Shown here in pieces: positions 27,617 through 34,506 of a DNA stretch of 36,074 nucleotides. Under the pieces are notes generated by a model. That model was not told the DNA's origin, did no database searches, and saw nothing but the letters and a program-made list of their open reading frames with translations. Position numbers and translations under genes: made by a program. The stretch comes from a virus. Its lineage: Duplodnaviria; Caudoviricetes. Within the stretch, counting starts at the first letter, position 1, and each line of letters opens with the position of its first letter. The DNA lies in IMG/VR virus record IMGVR_UViG_3300025018_000322, positions 1 through 36,074 of that record, one strand, 5' to 3'.

Positions 27617-27829
27617 ATGGAATACGACAGCTACATCAAGACCTTACCTGACGCCGAAGTCCAAAGACTATACGATGAGTCTGTCTACACCGCCAACACC
27701 CACCTTGAGACCGCACAGGAGCTTGCCAGTGAGCTTGCGATCAGAAATGTGCAAGTCGGTAAGGCTAGAGAAGAAATACAGCGCATATTCGCACAGGACT
27801 ACGTAAGTCCAGAAGTGGTCGAAGGCTGA
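27617..27829 (+). CDS. Hypothetical protein
   Basis: TGTTACAAT promoter-like box 27584-27592; AAGGG RBS. Confidence 0.7.
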   Translation: MEYDSYIKTLPDAEVQRLYDESVYTANTHLETAQELASELAIRNVQVGKAREEIQRIFAQDYVSPEVVEG

Positions 27830-27830
27830 T

Positions 27831-28199
27831 ATGCGAGGGGTTGTCCGTCGGGACAATCACCATATTCTTAATATCGCGAGCCAGTGGGAATCGACCTCAG
27901 CCGCTAAATCCCTCCGCCAAGAACCCTCCCTACAGGTCAGACTCGATAGAGAGCAACACGAACTTATCCACCGAGAGTGTCCCCCGATACCCCTACTCGG
28001 TCACCACGCTCTTATGCAGGTCAGGCGAGACTTTGAACCACACCACAACCACCAGAAGGCTATAGATAGCCTTCTTAGGTCTATAGAAAAAGCAGGACAA
28101 CACCCAAAAGCCCACGTCCTCGAAACCTCTTTAGCCCAACTCGCAATCTGGTCAATAGAAGAGCAGATACCGTACCTAGAACTACGAAGGTATCACTAA
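27831..28199 (+). CDS. His-rich protein, possibly degenerate HNH-like
   Basis: DNHHIL...LDREQHELIH spacing. Confidence 0.45.
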   Translation: MRGVVRRDNHHILNIASQWESTSAAKSLRQEPSLQVRLDREQHELIHRECPPIPLLGHHALMQVRRDFEPHHNHQKAIDSLLRSIEKAGQHPKAHVLETSLAQLAIWSIEEQIPYLELRRYH

Positions 28200-28200
28200 G

Positions 28201-29355
28201 ATGCGGTGGGTGGACGAACATCTAAAGAACTTACTCACGCTAGATATAGAGGAGCTGAAAAAACTATACCCAGAGCAAACAGAAAAGAACTTAATACGAA
28301 GGAAACAGGAGAAAAGAATGGAACATCAAGGCGGAAGATTATCAAAGCAATGGGAAGTCTCCGCTTTTGATCGTGAGGCGAACGAATGGACGACTACATT
28401 AAACAGCGCCTACGAATATGCCCCAGACCCAGAAGAGCTGTTTAAGGACTGGAAACCCGCAACTCCTGCTCGTATCACCCCGTCCCGAAGGAAACCTATT
28501 GAAAGAGACCACAAAACCCTGCTCGTATTCGGGGACATGCAGATTGATTATAGACGAATAGATGACGACCTCATCCCAATACACGACGAGAAAGCCATAC
28601 AAGCCCTCTTAGACTTTGCCAGAGACCTCCGACCCGATGAGTTGGTTAACTTAGGCGATACCGTAGATTTAAGCGCCCTAAGCCGTTTTAATAAGGATTC
28701 AGACCATTTCTATAGAACCCTTGGCCCTTCATTCCAACGTATACACGACATATATGCCCAACTAAGAAGCGATAACCCAGATGCAAAGATTACAGAGGTG
28801 GACTCAAACCACCACAAGAGACTGACGGACTTCGTATTAAAGCAAATGCCTGACTTCTACGGTGTGAGACAGGCAGGAAACTCCGACGACTATCCTGTCA
28901 TGACCTACCCCTATCTAGCAAACCTCCGCCATGTCGGAGTTGATTGGGTTGGTGGTTATGGCTCGGCGACTTACGAGTATGCACCAGACCTAGCTTTCAT
29001 ACATGGCCAATTCTCTGTTTCTAGCGGAAGTACCGCCTCTAAACTCTCAAGGGCGAACCCAGATAGGAATATCGTACAAGGTCACGCACATCGAATTGAA
29101 AGCCAGTACAGGACCACAAGAGAGGGAAAATATCTAGGAGCGTTCGTTGTCGGGGCAATGTGTCGGATAGACGGGATAGTGCCTAGCTATCACTCGTCAA
29201 TAAATGAGATGGGCAGGCCCCTTGTTCATAACGAGAACTGGCAGGCGGGAGTAATGGTGATTAGGGATTACCCAGATGGCAATCGTGAGTTCGACCAAGT
29301 GCCTATCCATAACGGCGTCTTGAGATACAAAGGCATGCAGTATGGAAAAGAATAA
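28201..29355 (+). CDS. Calcineurin-like metallophosphoesterase
   Basis: GDMQ, NLGDTVD, SNHH, FIHG, QGHAHR motifs. Confidence 0.85.
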   Translation: MRWVDEHLKNLLTLDIEELKKLYPEQTEKNLIRRKQEKRMEHQGGRLSKQWEVSAFDREANEWTTTLNSAYEYAPDPEELFKDWKPATPARITPSRRKPIERDHKTLLVFGDMQIDYRRIDDDLIPIHDEKAIQALLDFARDLRPDELVNLGDTVDLSALSRFNKDSDHFYRTLGPSFQRIHDIYAQLRSDNPDAKITEVDSNHHKRLTDFVLKQMPDFYGVRQAGNSDDYPVMTYPYLANLRHVGVDWVGGYGSATYEYAPDLAFIHGQFSVSSGSTASKLSRANPDRNIVQGHAHRIESQYRTTREGKYLGAFVVGAMCRIDGIVPSYHSSINEMGRPLVHNENWQAGVMVIRDYPDGNREFDQVPIHNGVLRYKGMQYGKE

Positions 29356-29488
29356 AATCATAGACGACCAAGTTCTTTTTAGGGACGAACTTTATAACCT
29401 AGAAGCCACGCCTGACGAGATAGAATACGCCACCGACAATATCCGGTGGGTTATGGCGAGGTTAGCAGTGGAGGCGAAAGATGAGTGA
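29342..29488 (+). CDS. Hypothetical 48-aa protein
   Basis: MEKNKIIDDQVLFRDELY...; overlaps both neighbours and fills the gap. Confidence 0.55.
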   Translation: MEKNKIIDDQVLFRDELYNLEATPDEIEYATDNIRWVMARLAVEAKDE

Positions 29489-29864
29489 ACGAATAGAATG
29501 GACACCCAGTGAGCAAGAGATTGAGTCAGCGCCGTCGGTAGGTTTTACTTGTCAACTTGGAAGGTTTGCTTTAAGACCGTGGGACACCTCACTTTTCACT
29601 TATCAAAGAGTCGGCGGAATGGATATGTTCAATCATATTTTTCACATCACGGAAGAATCAAACGGACTATATATACCTGAACACTACATAGAGACCAAAG
29701 AATACGCCGACGCCTACCATACGATTCAGGAATATATGTTTGAAAACGACTATCCAGCTCACCTTAACATGACCGAGGTGTCTGGGAGTGATGTCAGGAT
29801 TATAACCGCTATGATGGCATCTGATATGAACAGGGCGGACGAAGTACCAGAAGAGTGGACATGA
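29481..29864 (+). CDS. Hypothetical protein
   Basis: GGAGG RBS. Confidence 0.75.
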   Translation: MSERIEWTPSEQEIESAPSVGFTCQLGRFALRPWDTSLFTYQRVGGMDMFNHIFHITEESNGLYIPEHYIETKEYADAYHTIQEYMFENDYPAHLNMTEVSGSDVRIITAMMASDMNRADEVPEEWT

Positions 29865-29876
29865 TACTATAGAAGA

Positions 29877-29969
29877 ATGAAAGAAATGCGAACCTCTACC
29901 GCTGTGATGTTGTGGGTGGCGTGGTTCGTGGTGTTCTTTGTGTTTCTGGCTATGGTTGGTTACGTTTAA
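29877..29969 (+). CDS. 30-aa single-TM peptide, probably leaderless
   Basis: TGATACTAT 29862-29870 just upstream; MKEMRTSTAVMLWVAWFVVFFVFLAMVGYV*. Confidence 0.5.
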   Translation: MKEMRTSTAVMLWVAWFVVFFVFLAMVGYV

Positions 29970-30125
29970 CTACTGACAACCGAGGCACATAGTTAGGTCG
30001 GCAGGGTCGCTCTGAACACCATATTCTTTATTCTCTTTAACGGTAGCCTCGGCCATAATCTTATCTATAGCCTCTAGCTTTGCGTCTAAGCTCATCTCAG
30101 CGTCTATAATAGTGTTTGCGTTCAT
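29970..30125 (-). CDS. 51-aa peptide ending in CxxC (…DPADLTMCLGCQ)
   Basis: AAAGGAGG RBS; MNANTIIDAEMSLDAKLEAIDKIMAEATVKENKEYGVQSDPADLTMCLGCQ*. Confidence 0.75.
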   Translation of the reverse strand: MNANTIIDAEMSLDAKLEAIDKIMAEATVKENKEYGVQSDPADLTMCLGCQ

Positions 30126-30198
30126 TATACCCTCCTTTGGTTTAAGTCTTATTGTAGAGCCTCTCAGCGTGTTTGGATATTGTGGTTATTACAAGGCA

Positions 30199-30870
30199 TT
30201 AAAATAATGTTTCTTGTCTTAATCTTTTTTCAGCAATCTCGCAGTAAGGTTTGTGCAGCTCAGACCCTATATAGCTCCTCGAAAGATTCTTACAAGCCCT
30301 AGCGGTAGTTCCCGACCCGATAAAGGGGTCATATACAATATCTCCTTCTTTAGATGACTTTTGTATAAAATACTGATTTATTGATACTGGTTTTTCAGTC
30401 GGGTGTTCCATTATGGAAACACGGTCGTAGTATAGTACGTTTGTTTCCCTACCGCCATTTAGCTCTTTTCTACCCTTATGTGCGTACACTATAAACTCTG
30501 TCTTATTTGCATAATCTCCTAGCAAATCGCCGCTGGTATGATTATTCTTTACCCAAACAAGAGTTCTTTTTAGGGTAAAGCCTGCTTTTTCTAAACTATT
30601 CCTAAACCTACCAATACCATAGTCGTTGCAAAAAAGGTAAATATGACTATCGTTCTTTAAGATTCTATAAGATTCTTTAGCAAATTCATCAACCCAGCTC
30701 ATATCAACGTCATTTTTTATCTTCTCAAACTTATCTTTCCTCCTGGAGGAAAGATAATCCATTCCATAGGGCGGGTCAGTAAGTATTAAATCAACAAAGT
30801 TATCGGGCATACGCCTCATTGTTTCTAGGCAATCTTCGTTGTAGATTGTGTTTAGTTCTATCGTTTTCAT
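30199..30870 (-). CDS. DNA N6-adenine/N4-cytosine methyltransferase (beta class)
   Basis: TDPPY catalytic motif precedes HPTEKP and DPFIGSGTT. Confidence 0.92.
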   Translation of the reverse strand: MKTIELNTIYNEDCLETMRRMPDNFVDLILTDPPYGMDYLSSRRKDKFEKIKNDVDMSWVDEFAKESYRILKNDSHIYLFCNDYGIGRFRNSLEKAGFTLKRTLVWVKNNHTSGDLLGDYANKTEFIVYAHKGRKELNGGRETNVLYYDRVSIMEHPTEKPVSINQYFIQKSSKEGDIVYDPFIGSGTTARACKNLSRSYIGSELHKPYCEIAEKRLRQETLF

Positions 30871-31127
30871 TTATTACCCATCTTTATTGAAAATATCTTT
30901 ACGAACGCTCGCCCTTTACTATAAGTTGCTTTTGCTAAGCAGTATTCTATAACATTCATTACGTCTGCTTCACTGAAACCACTAGTAACTATCTTCTGTG
31001 TAAAGCCACGATCGTAAGTGCCGTCCTGTAGTTTATCCGATATTGTACTGTGTAACCTATCGATATATCGATTATCGATAGGTTTAATCTCTTTATTATC
31101 GATTATCGATTTAGTGGTCGAATACAT
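30867..31127 (-). CDS. Small protein, possible replication initiator / helicase-loader adaptor
   Basis: GGGGG RBS; repeat cluster inside its 5' end; helical C-terminus loosely DnaD-like; function inferred. Confidence 0.45.
   Translation of the reverse strand: MYSTTKSIIDNKEIKPIDNRYIDRLHSTISDKLQDGTYDRGFTQKIVTSGFSEADVMNVIEYCLAKATYSKGRAFVKIFSIKMGNK
31054..31110. repeat. Cluster of five ATCGAT palindromes; candidate replication origin
   Basis: ATCGAT at 31059, 31067, 31074, 31098, 31105; 12-bp inverted repeat 31054-31065/31073-31084; TATCGATTATCGAT twice. Confidence 0.8.
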
Positions 31128-31212
31128 ACTTAACCCCCTATTTTTAGTGACACTTCAATACACCTACTCGCCAGTAGTTTGCTTGTATTGAATCGTGCGT
31201 CTTGATTATTTG

Positions 31213-31262
31213 TATAAGAGAAACCGCCCTGTTGGGGGCGGCTTTCTACATCCATCTAAGCT
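31213..31262 (-). ncRNA. ~50-nt RNA B / attenuator terminator
   Basis: TTGTTT-17-TATTAT (31297-31269) with TG; CCGCCC-CCAACA-GGGCGG-TTTCTCTT. Confidence 0.5.
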
Positions 31263-31373
31263 GTATTCATAATACCACAGCTAGCGTATAGAAACAAGCC
31301 CCGAACACAATGTTTGGTTCAACTTATTTGGCAAGTTCCATCCGTGTGCTTAGATGGATGAAACTTATCTCTC

Positions 31374-31402
31374 AGTATACACAACTTAATGCTTACGTTC
31401 AA
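31374..31402 (-). promoter_or_regulatory. Promoter A for the leader of the rep-like/MTase operon
   Basis: TTGAAC-17-TATACT; transcript opens with an 11-bp hairpin (31333-31366) needing a G-U pair on the minus strand. Confidence 0.7.
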
Positions 31403-31445
31403 GGGTAAAGTTTATGCTTGTGGACAAGATGTGGACGAGTAGGGT

Positions 31446-31560
31446 AAAAACAAAACTCCCTCAATTAGTGTAGCCGAGGGAGAGTTGCCAGCACATCACA
31501 TAGTGTAATGTTTAATATGTTGTGGTGATACCACGGAAGGTGCGACGATCAAAACCGTAT
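31446..31560 (-). ncRNA. Small RNA C
   Basis: TGTTAAAAT (31575-31567); terminator CTCCCTC..GAGGGAG-TTTTGTTTTT. Confidence 0.5.
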
Positions 31561-31576
31561 ACGCTTATTTTAACAC

Positions 31577-31715
31577 AAAAAACACCCTGTTGAGATACGA
31601 AAGTGGAGGGTAGTTACTTGTCGTAAGGGGTGTCTCTTGCCTAACTTAGTTAGAAATAGGGAGGTATAATGTGCTTACCCGACCGTGGCTCTGCTCTATG
31701 CAGCGAACGGATAAT
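31577..31715 (-). ncRNA. Small RNA D with anti-SD segments
   Basis: TTGTAT-17-TAGTAT (31750-31722) with TG; TTATCCG/CGGGTAA stem; ACACCC..GGGTGT-TTTTT end. Confidence 0.5.
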
Positions 31716-31748
31716 ACCCAGATACTATCACGGTTGTGCTTAAAATAC

Positions 31749-31849
31749 AAGAAAAGCCTCGCAAGTGTAGGGTTAACTACGGCGAGGCTCTCTCTGTCAC
31801 CAAACAGGCTAGAAAGGTTCAACAAAAAGAAGAAGCACCCGTCTGGTTC
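31749..31849 (-). ncRNA. Small RNA E with pyrimidine loop antisense to early leaders
   Basis: TGGTATAAT (31864-31856); stem ACCAGACGGG/CCTGTTTGGT; terminator AGCCTCGC..GCGAGGCT-TTTCTT. Confidence 0.6.
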
Positions 31850-31882
31850 ATAAACATTATACCAGAAAGTCGCTAAAAAGGC

Positions 31883-31911
31883 TTGCATATAGGTAGCATT
31901 AGGGGTATAAT
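31883..31911 (+). promoter_or_regulatory. Early promoter with inverted 14-bp box (31895-31908)
   Basis: TTGCAT-17-TATAAT; AGCATTAGGGGTAT. Confidence 0.8.
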
Positions 31912-31941
31912 AAAGGACAACTAATAGAAAGGTTACACAAA

Positions 31942-32028
31942 ATGACAATCAACGTAGAACAGATTAAAAGTACATATCAACTAGGTACGACTGACGGACA
32001 GACGTACAGCATAGCAGTGAGGGCGTAA
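31942..32028 (+). CDS. 28-aa leader peptide coupled to erf
   Basis: GAAAGGT RBS; MTINVEQIKSTYQLGTTDGQTYSIAVRA*; TAATG overlap. Confidence 0.6.
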   Translation: MTINVEQIKSTYQLGTTDGQTYSIAVRA

Positions 32029-32603
32029 TGAAAGAACTATACAAAGCAATCGCAGACCTCCAACAAGAAGTCCCACACATCTACAAAGGCACTACTGGCT
32101 ATGGCTACAAGTACGCTCAATGGAGCGAGATACTACAAGTAATCAACCCATTATTTAAAAAGCACAAGCTAGGGTTCGTGCAACCACTAGATGGTACAAG
32201 TGTGAAGACAATCGTGTTTCATGTTGAGTCTGGCGAGTCTATCGAGGCTAGTTTTGAAATCCCCCAGGGTGTTCAATTAAAGGGAATGAATGACTTTCAA
32301 GTTCTCGGCTCTGGTATCACCTATATCCGCAGGTACGCTTTAAGCTCACTACTCGGACTCGTTACCGATGAAGACAAAGACGCAAGCGGTGAACAGGTAA
32401 GCAAGCTCAAGACCCGAGAAGACGGTCATGACGCTGAAATCCTTGAACGAGCGAAGTCGGTCATCAACACAACCCTAGAAGACCAGAGCTACGAAACCCC
32501 GGCTCAAAAACGTGCCTTCATTAAAAAGGTACTCGGCAAGGAAACAATCACCAACGAGCAAGAGGCGAACGAAATAATGGACGCTTTGGAAAATGAGGCA
32601 TAA
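32028..32603 (+). CDS. erf: ERF-family ssDNA-annealing protein
   Basis: GYGYKYA, QVLGSGITYIRRYALSSLLGLVTDEDKD signature. Confidence 0.9.
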   Translation: MKELYKAIADLQQEVPHIYKGTTGYGYKYAQWSEILQVINPLFKKHKLGFVQPLDGTSVKTIVFHVESGESIEASFEIPQGVQLKGMNDFQVLGSGITYIRRYALSSLLGLVTDEDKDASGEQVSKLKTREDGHDAEILERAKSVINTTLEDQSYETPAQKRAFIKKVLGKETITNEQEANEIMDALENEA

Positions 32604-32956
32604 TGCAACAGGTACAGTTCCCGGCTCAACTTAATAAGATTGAAACCCGTACAGACGGCTCAATTAAAGTGGTGCTTGAAACTCAAGAGCTTAACGGTGA
32701 TGATATGGCGGCACTCTTTGGATACCGAAACCTTCTGGGGTATATCACATTTACACCCAACAAAGTAGACCATGTAGAAGTACCCGAAAACGCCACCGCA
32801 CAGGATATGGGAAAGTCACCCAGCCAGCGCATGCGTGACACGCTGTATGTCCTATGGCAACAAAGCGGTAAAGAGAAGTTTGATACCTTCGAGCAGTTTT
32901 ACACAGTCAACATGGAGCGTATAATAAACCAGATAAAAGATAGATTGGAGAAATAA
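32603..32956 (+). CDS. Conserved-looking phage hypothetical protein
   Basis: TRTDGSIKV..TQEL and KSPSQRMR..LYVLWQQ; TAATG coupling. Confidence 0.75.
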   Translation: MQQVQFPAQLNKIETRTDGSIKVVLETQELNGDDMAALFGYRNLLGYITFTPNKVDHVEVPENATAQDMGKSPSQRMRDTLYVLWQQSGKEKFDTFEQFYTVNMERIINQIKDRLEK

Positions 32957-33258
32957 TGGCAAAACTATACGACATACGAGCAATAACAGGAGAGTACGAG
33001 AAAGAAGGTGAGACCAAGAAACGATACCAGACGATCGGTGCGGTTCTCGAAACCAAGAGCGGTGGTCAGATGATTAAGCTTGACGTTATCCCGATGAAGT
33101 GGGACGGGTTCGCATACCTTAACGAACCATATAAGGACGACTTCGACAAAAAAGAACACCAAGACCAGCACAACTTTAATAAGGCAAGCAGGGACGTGGT
33201 GATTGACGATATAGACGATAAGCCGATCGACTTGTCTGGCGTTGAAATTCCATTTTAA
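32956..33258 (+). CDS. SSB-like protein
   Basis: OB-like N-terminus GEYEKEGETKKRYQTIG; acidic tail ending IPF. Confidence 0.65.
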   Translation: MAKLYDIRAITGEYEKEGETKKRYQTIGAVLETKSGGQMIKLDVIPMKWDGFAYLNEPYKDDFDKKEHQDQHNFNKASRDVVIDDIDDKPIDLSGVEIPF

Positions 33259-33259
33259 T

Positions 33260-33625
33260 ATGAAGCTTGACCCGGCAGACCAATGGTTCTCAAAATACGT
33301 CCGTCTATCACAGGGCGAGTGCCAGCGATGTCATTCTCCGGTTAAGTTAAACGCTGCGGGCGACCCGGTGAGCCACCAAGCCTCGCACTTCCAAGGTAGG
33401 CGCAAAGAAGCCACACGGTACGACCTAGAGAACGTGGACTGTATGTGTTCCGGATGCCACAGGTATTTCACCGCTATGCCGTATGAGCATGTCCAGTGGC
33501 AAATACAGAAAAAGGGCGAGCAGACGGTCAACCAGATAATCCTACGATCAAACCAGTACAAGAAAAAAGACCGCAAGCTTGAAGCAATGATATGGAAACA
33601 GGCGTATTTAGACCTAAAAGCATAA
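33260..33625 (+). CDS. ninG: NinG/Rap-like HNH junction nuclease
   Basis: DQWFSKYVR, CxxC, HF..R...ATRYDLENV..MCSGCH; start at 33260 preferred. Confidence 0.75.
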   Translation: MKLDPADQWFSKYVRLSQGECQRCHSPVKLNAAGDPVSHQASHFQGRRKEATRYDLENVDCMCSGCHRYFTAMPYEHVQWQIQKKGEQTVNQIILRSNQYKKKDRKLEAMIWKQAYLDLKA

Positions 33626-33631
33626 TAGGTA

Positions 33632-33660
33632 TTGACATACCCCTCATGCTGTGATAGACT
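33632..33660 (+). promoter_or_regulatory. Early promoter with 14-bp box (33637-33650)
   Basis: TTGACA-17-TAGACT with TG; ATACCCCTCATGCT. Confidence 0.8.
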
Positions 33661-33666
33661 GTAATT

Positions 33667-33883
33667 AGAACCCAATAGGAAAGGTTCAACCAAGCCAGCG
33701 AGGGATGCAGACCCCCACGCCACACGGTATAAGGCATCGCATAACGGCTTACACAACTCAGTATCAGTCTTCTGGACAACAAACCTGCTAGAACGAGAAA
33801 TGCGTTCCAAGCCCTCCAGCAAAACAGCGTCAATGTGTCCGGACGTCTGGTACTGAGAAACCAAAATAACAAAAGGAGGCCTC
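33667..33883 (+). ncRNA. Highly structured ~215-nt 5' leader
   Basis: 33692-33696/33746-33750, 33704-33708/33734-33738, 33757-33767/33847-33857, 33771-33778/33836-33843, 33791-33795/33803-33807. Confidence 0.6.
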
Positions 33884-34090
33884 ATGGCTGACAAAGAAAA
33901 AAAGAAACCAGCAACCTTCACACGAACTCAGTTCGCACGAGCAATCACTCCGTGGGCTATCATCGTCATCTCAATCGCATTTTTTGCGGGGGCATACTAC
34001 GGTAACTGGTCAACCGAGAACTCACACAACCAAGTCAAGGCGGAAGCTAAGGCACTTGTGAGCGAGTTAAAATCCCAAGAACAGAATTAG
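33884..34090 (+). CDS. Single-TM membrane protein; N-terminal part of predicted frameshift fusion
   Basis: AAGGAGG RBS; basic N-terminus then AIIVISIAFFAGAYY. Confidence 0.85.
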   Translation: MADKEKKKPATFTRTQFARAITPWAIIVISIAFFAGAYYGNWSTENSHNQVKAEAKALVSELKSQEQN

Positions 34091-34121
34091 TTGTCGATCC
34101 TGTTCAGAAGCAAGAGACAAC
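34066..34121 (+). promoter_or_regulatory. Predicted -1 ribosomal frameshift signal
   Basis: G_TTA_AAA, 6-nt spacer, H-type pseudoknot S1 34079-34088/34096-34105, S2 34090-34095/34116-34121. Confidence 0.7.
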
Positions 34122-34506
34122 GCCAGAGCCTGTCCAAGAGCTAAAAGAGGCGGAAGTGGTAACTAACGCACCTGTAGTATCTCAACCGCCTCAGAGCGCC
34201 TCTAAACAAGCCACAGGCGACATAGAGCAGATAATTCGGACCGCAGCGAACAAGTATGGTATCGGCGAGGACTATTTTGTTCAGATTGCACGTTGCGAAA
34301 GCACCTTAAACCCTCTAGCGGTCAATTACAACTATTATGAGAACGGACACCCTAGCGGACTGTTTCAGCACATATCGGGGTATTGGCCATCAAGAGCAGA
34401 AAAATACGGCTATGCAGGAGCGAGTGTATTCGATCCCGTTGCCAACGCAAACGTAACCGCCCAGATGTTTCGAGACGGACACCAAGGGCTTTGGGAGTGC
34501 AGGTGA
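34072..34506 (+). CDS. Lysozyme-like lytic transglycosylase domain with P/E/Q linker (-1 frame)
   Basis: IARCESTLNPLAVN, SGLFQH, FDPVAN, WEC; frame open from 34051 without ATG before the domain. Confidence 0.8.
   Translation: MPRTELVVDPVQKQETTPEPVQELKEAEVVTNAPVVSQPPQSASKQATGDIEQIIRTAANKYGIGEDYFVQIARCESTLNPLAVNYNYYENGHPSGLFQHISGYWPSRAEKYGYAGASVFDPVANANVTAQMFRDGHQGLWECR

Noticed and set aside
31646-31948. ORFs 31671-31853 (+) and 31646-31948 (-) as proteins
   Set aside because: Both cross predicted terminators/promoters and have implausible composition. The GGGAGG before 31671 means the + ORF cannot be fully excluded.
33331-33921. 196-aa minus-strand ORF
   Set aside because: Antisense to ninG-like gene, promoter and structured leader; no motifs.
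34383-34502. N-terminal extension of the MTase ORF given in the track
   Set aside because: Overlaps the transglycosylase; MTase motif I begins right after GTG 34503, which overlaps the upstream stop.
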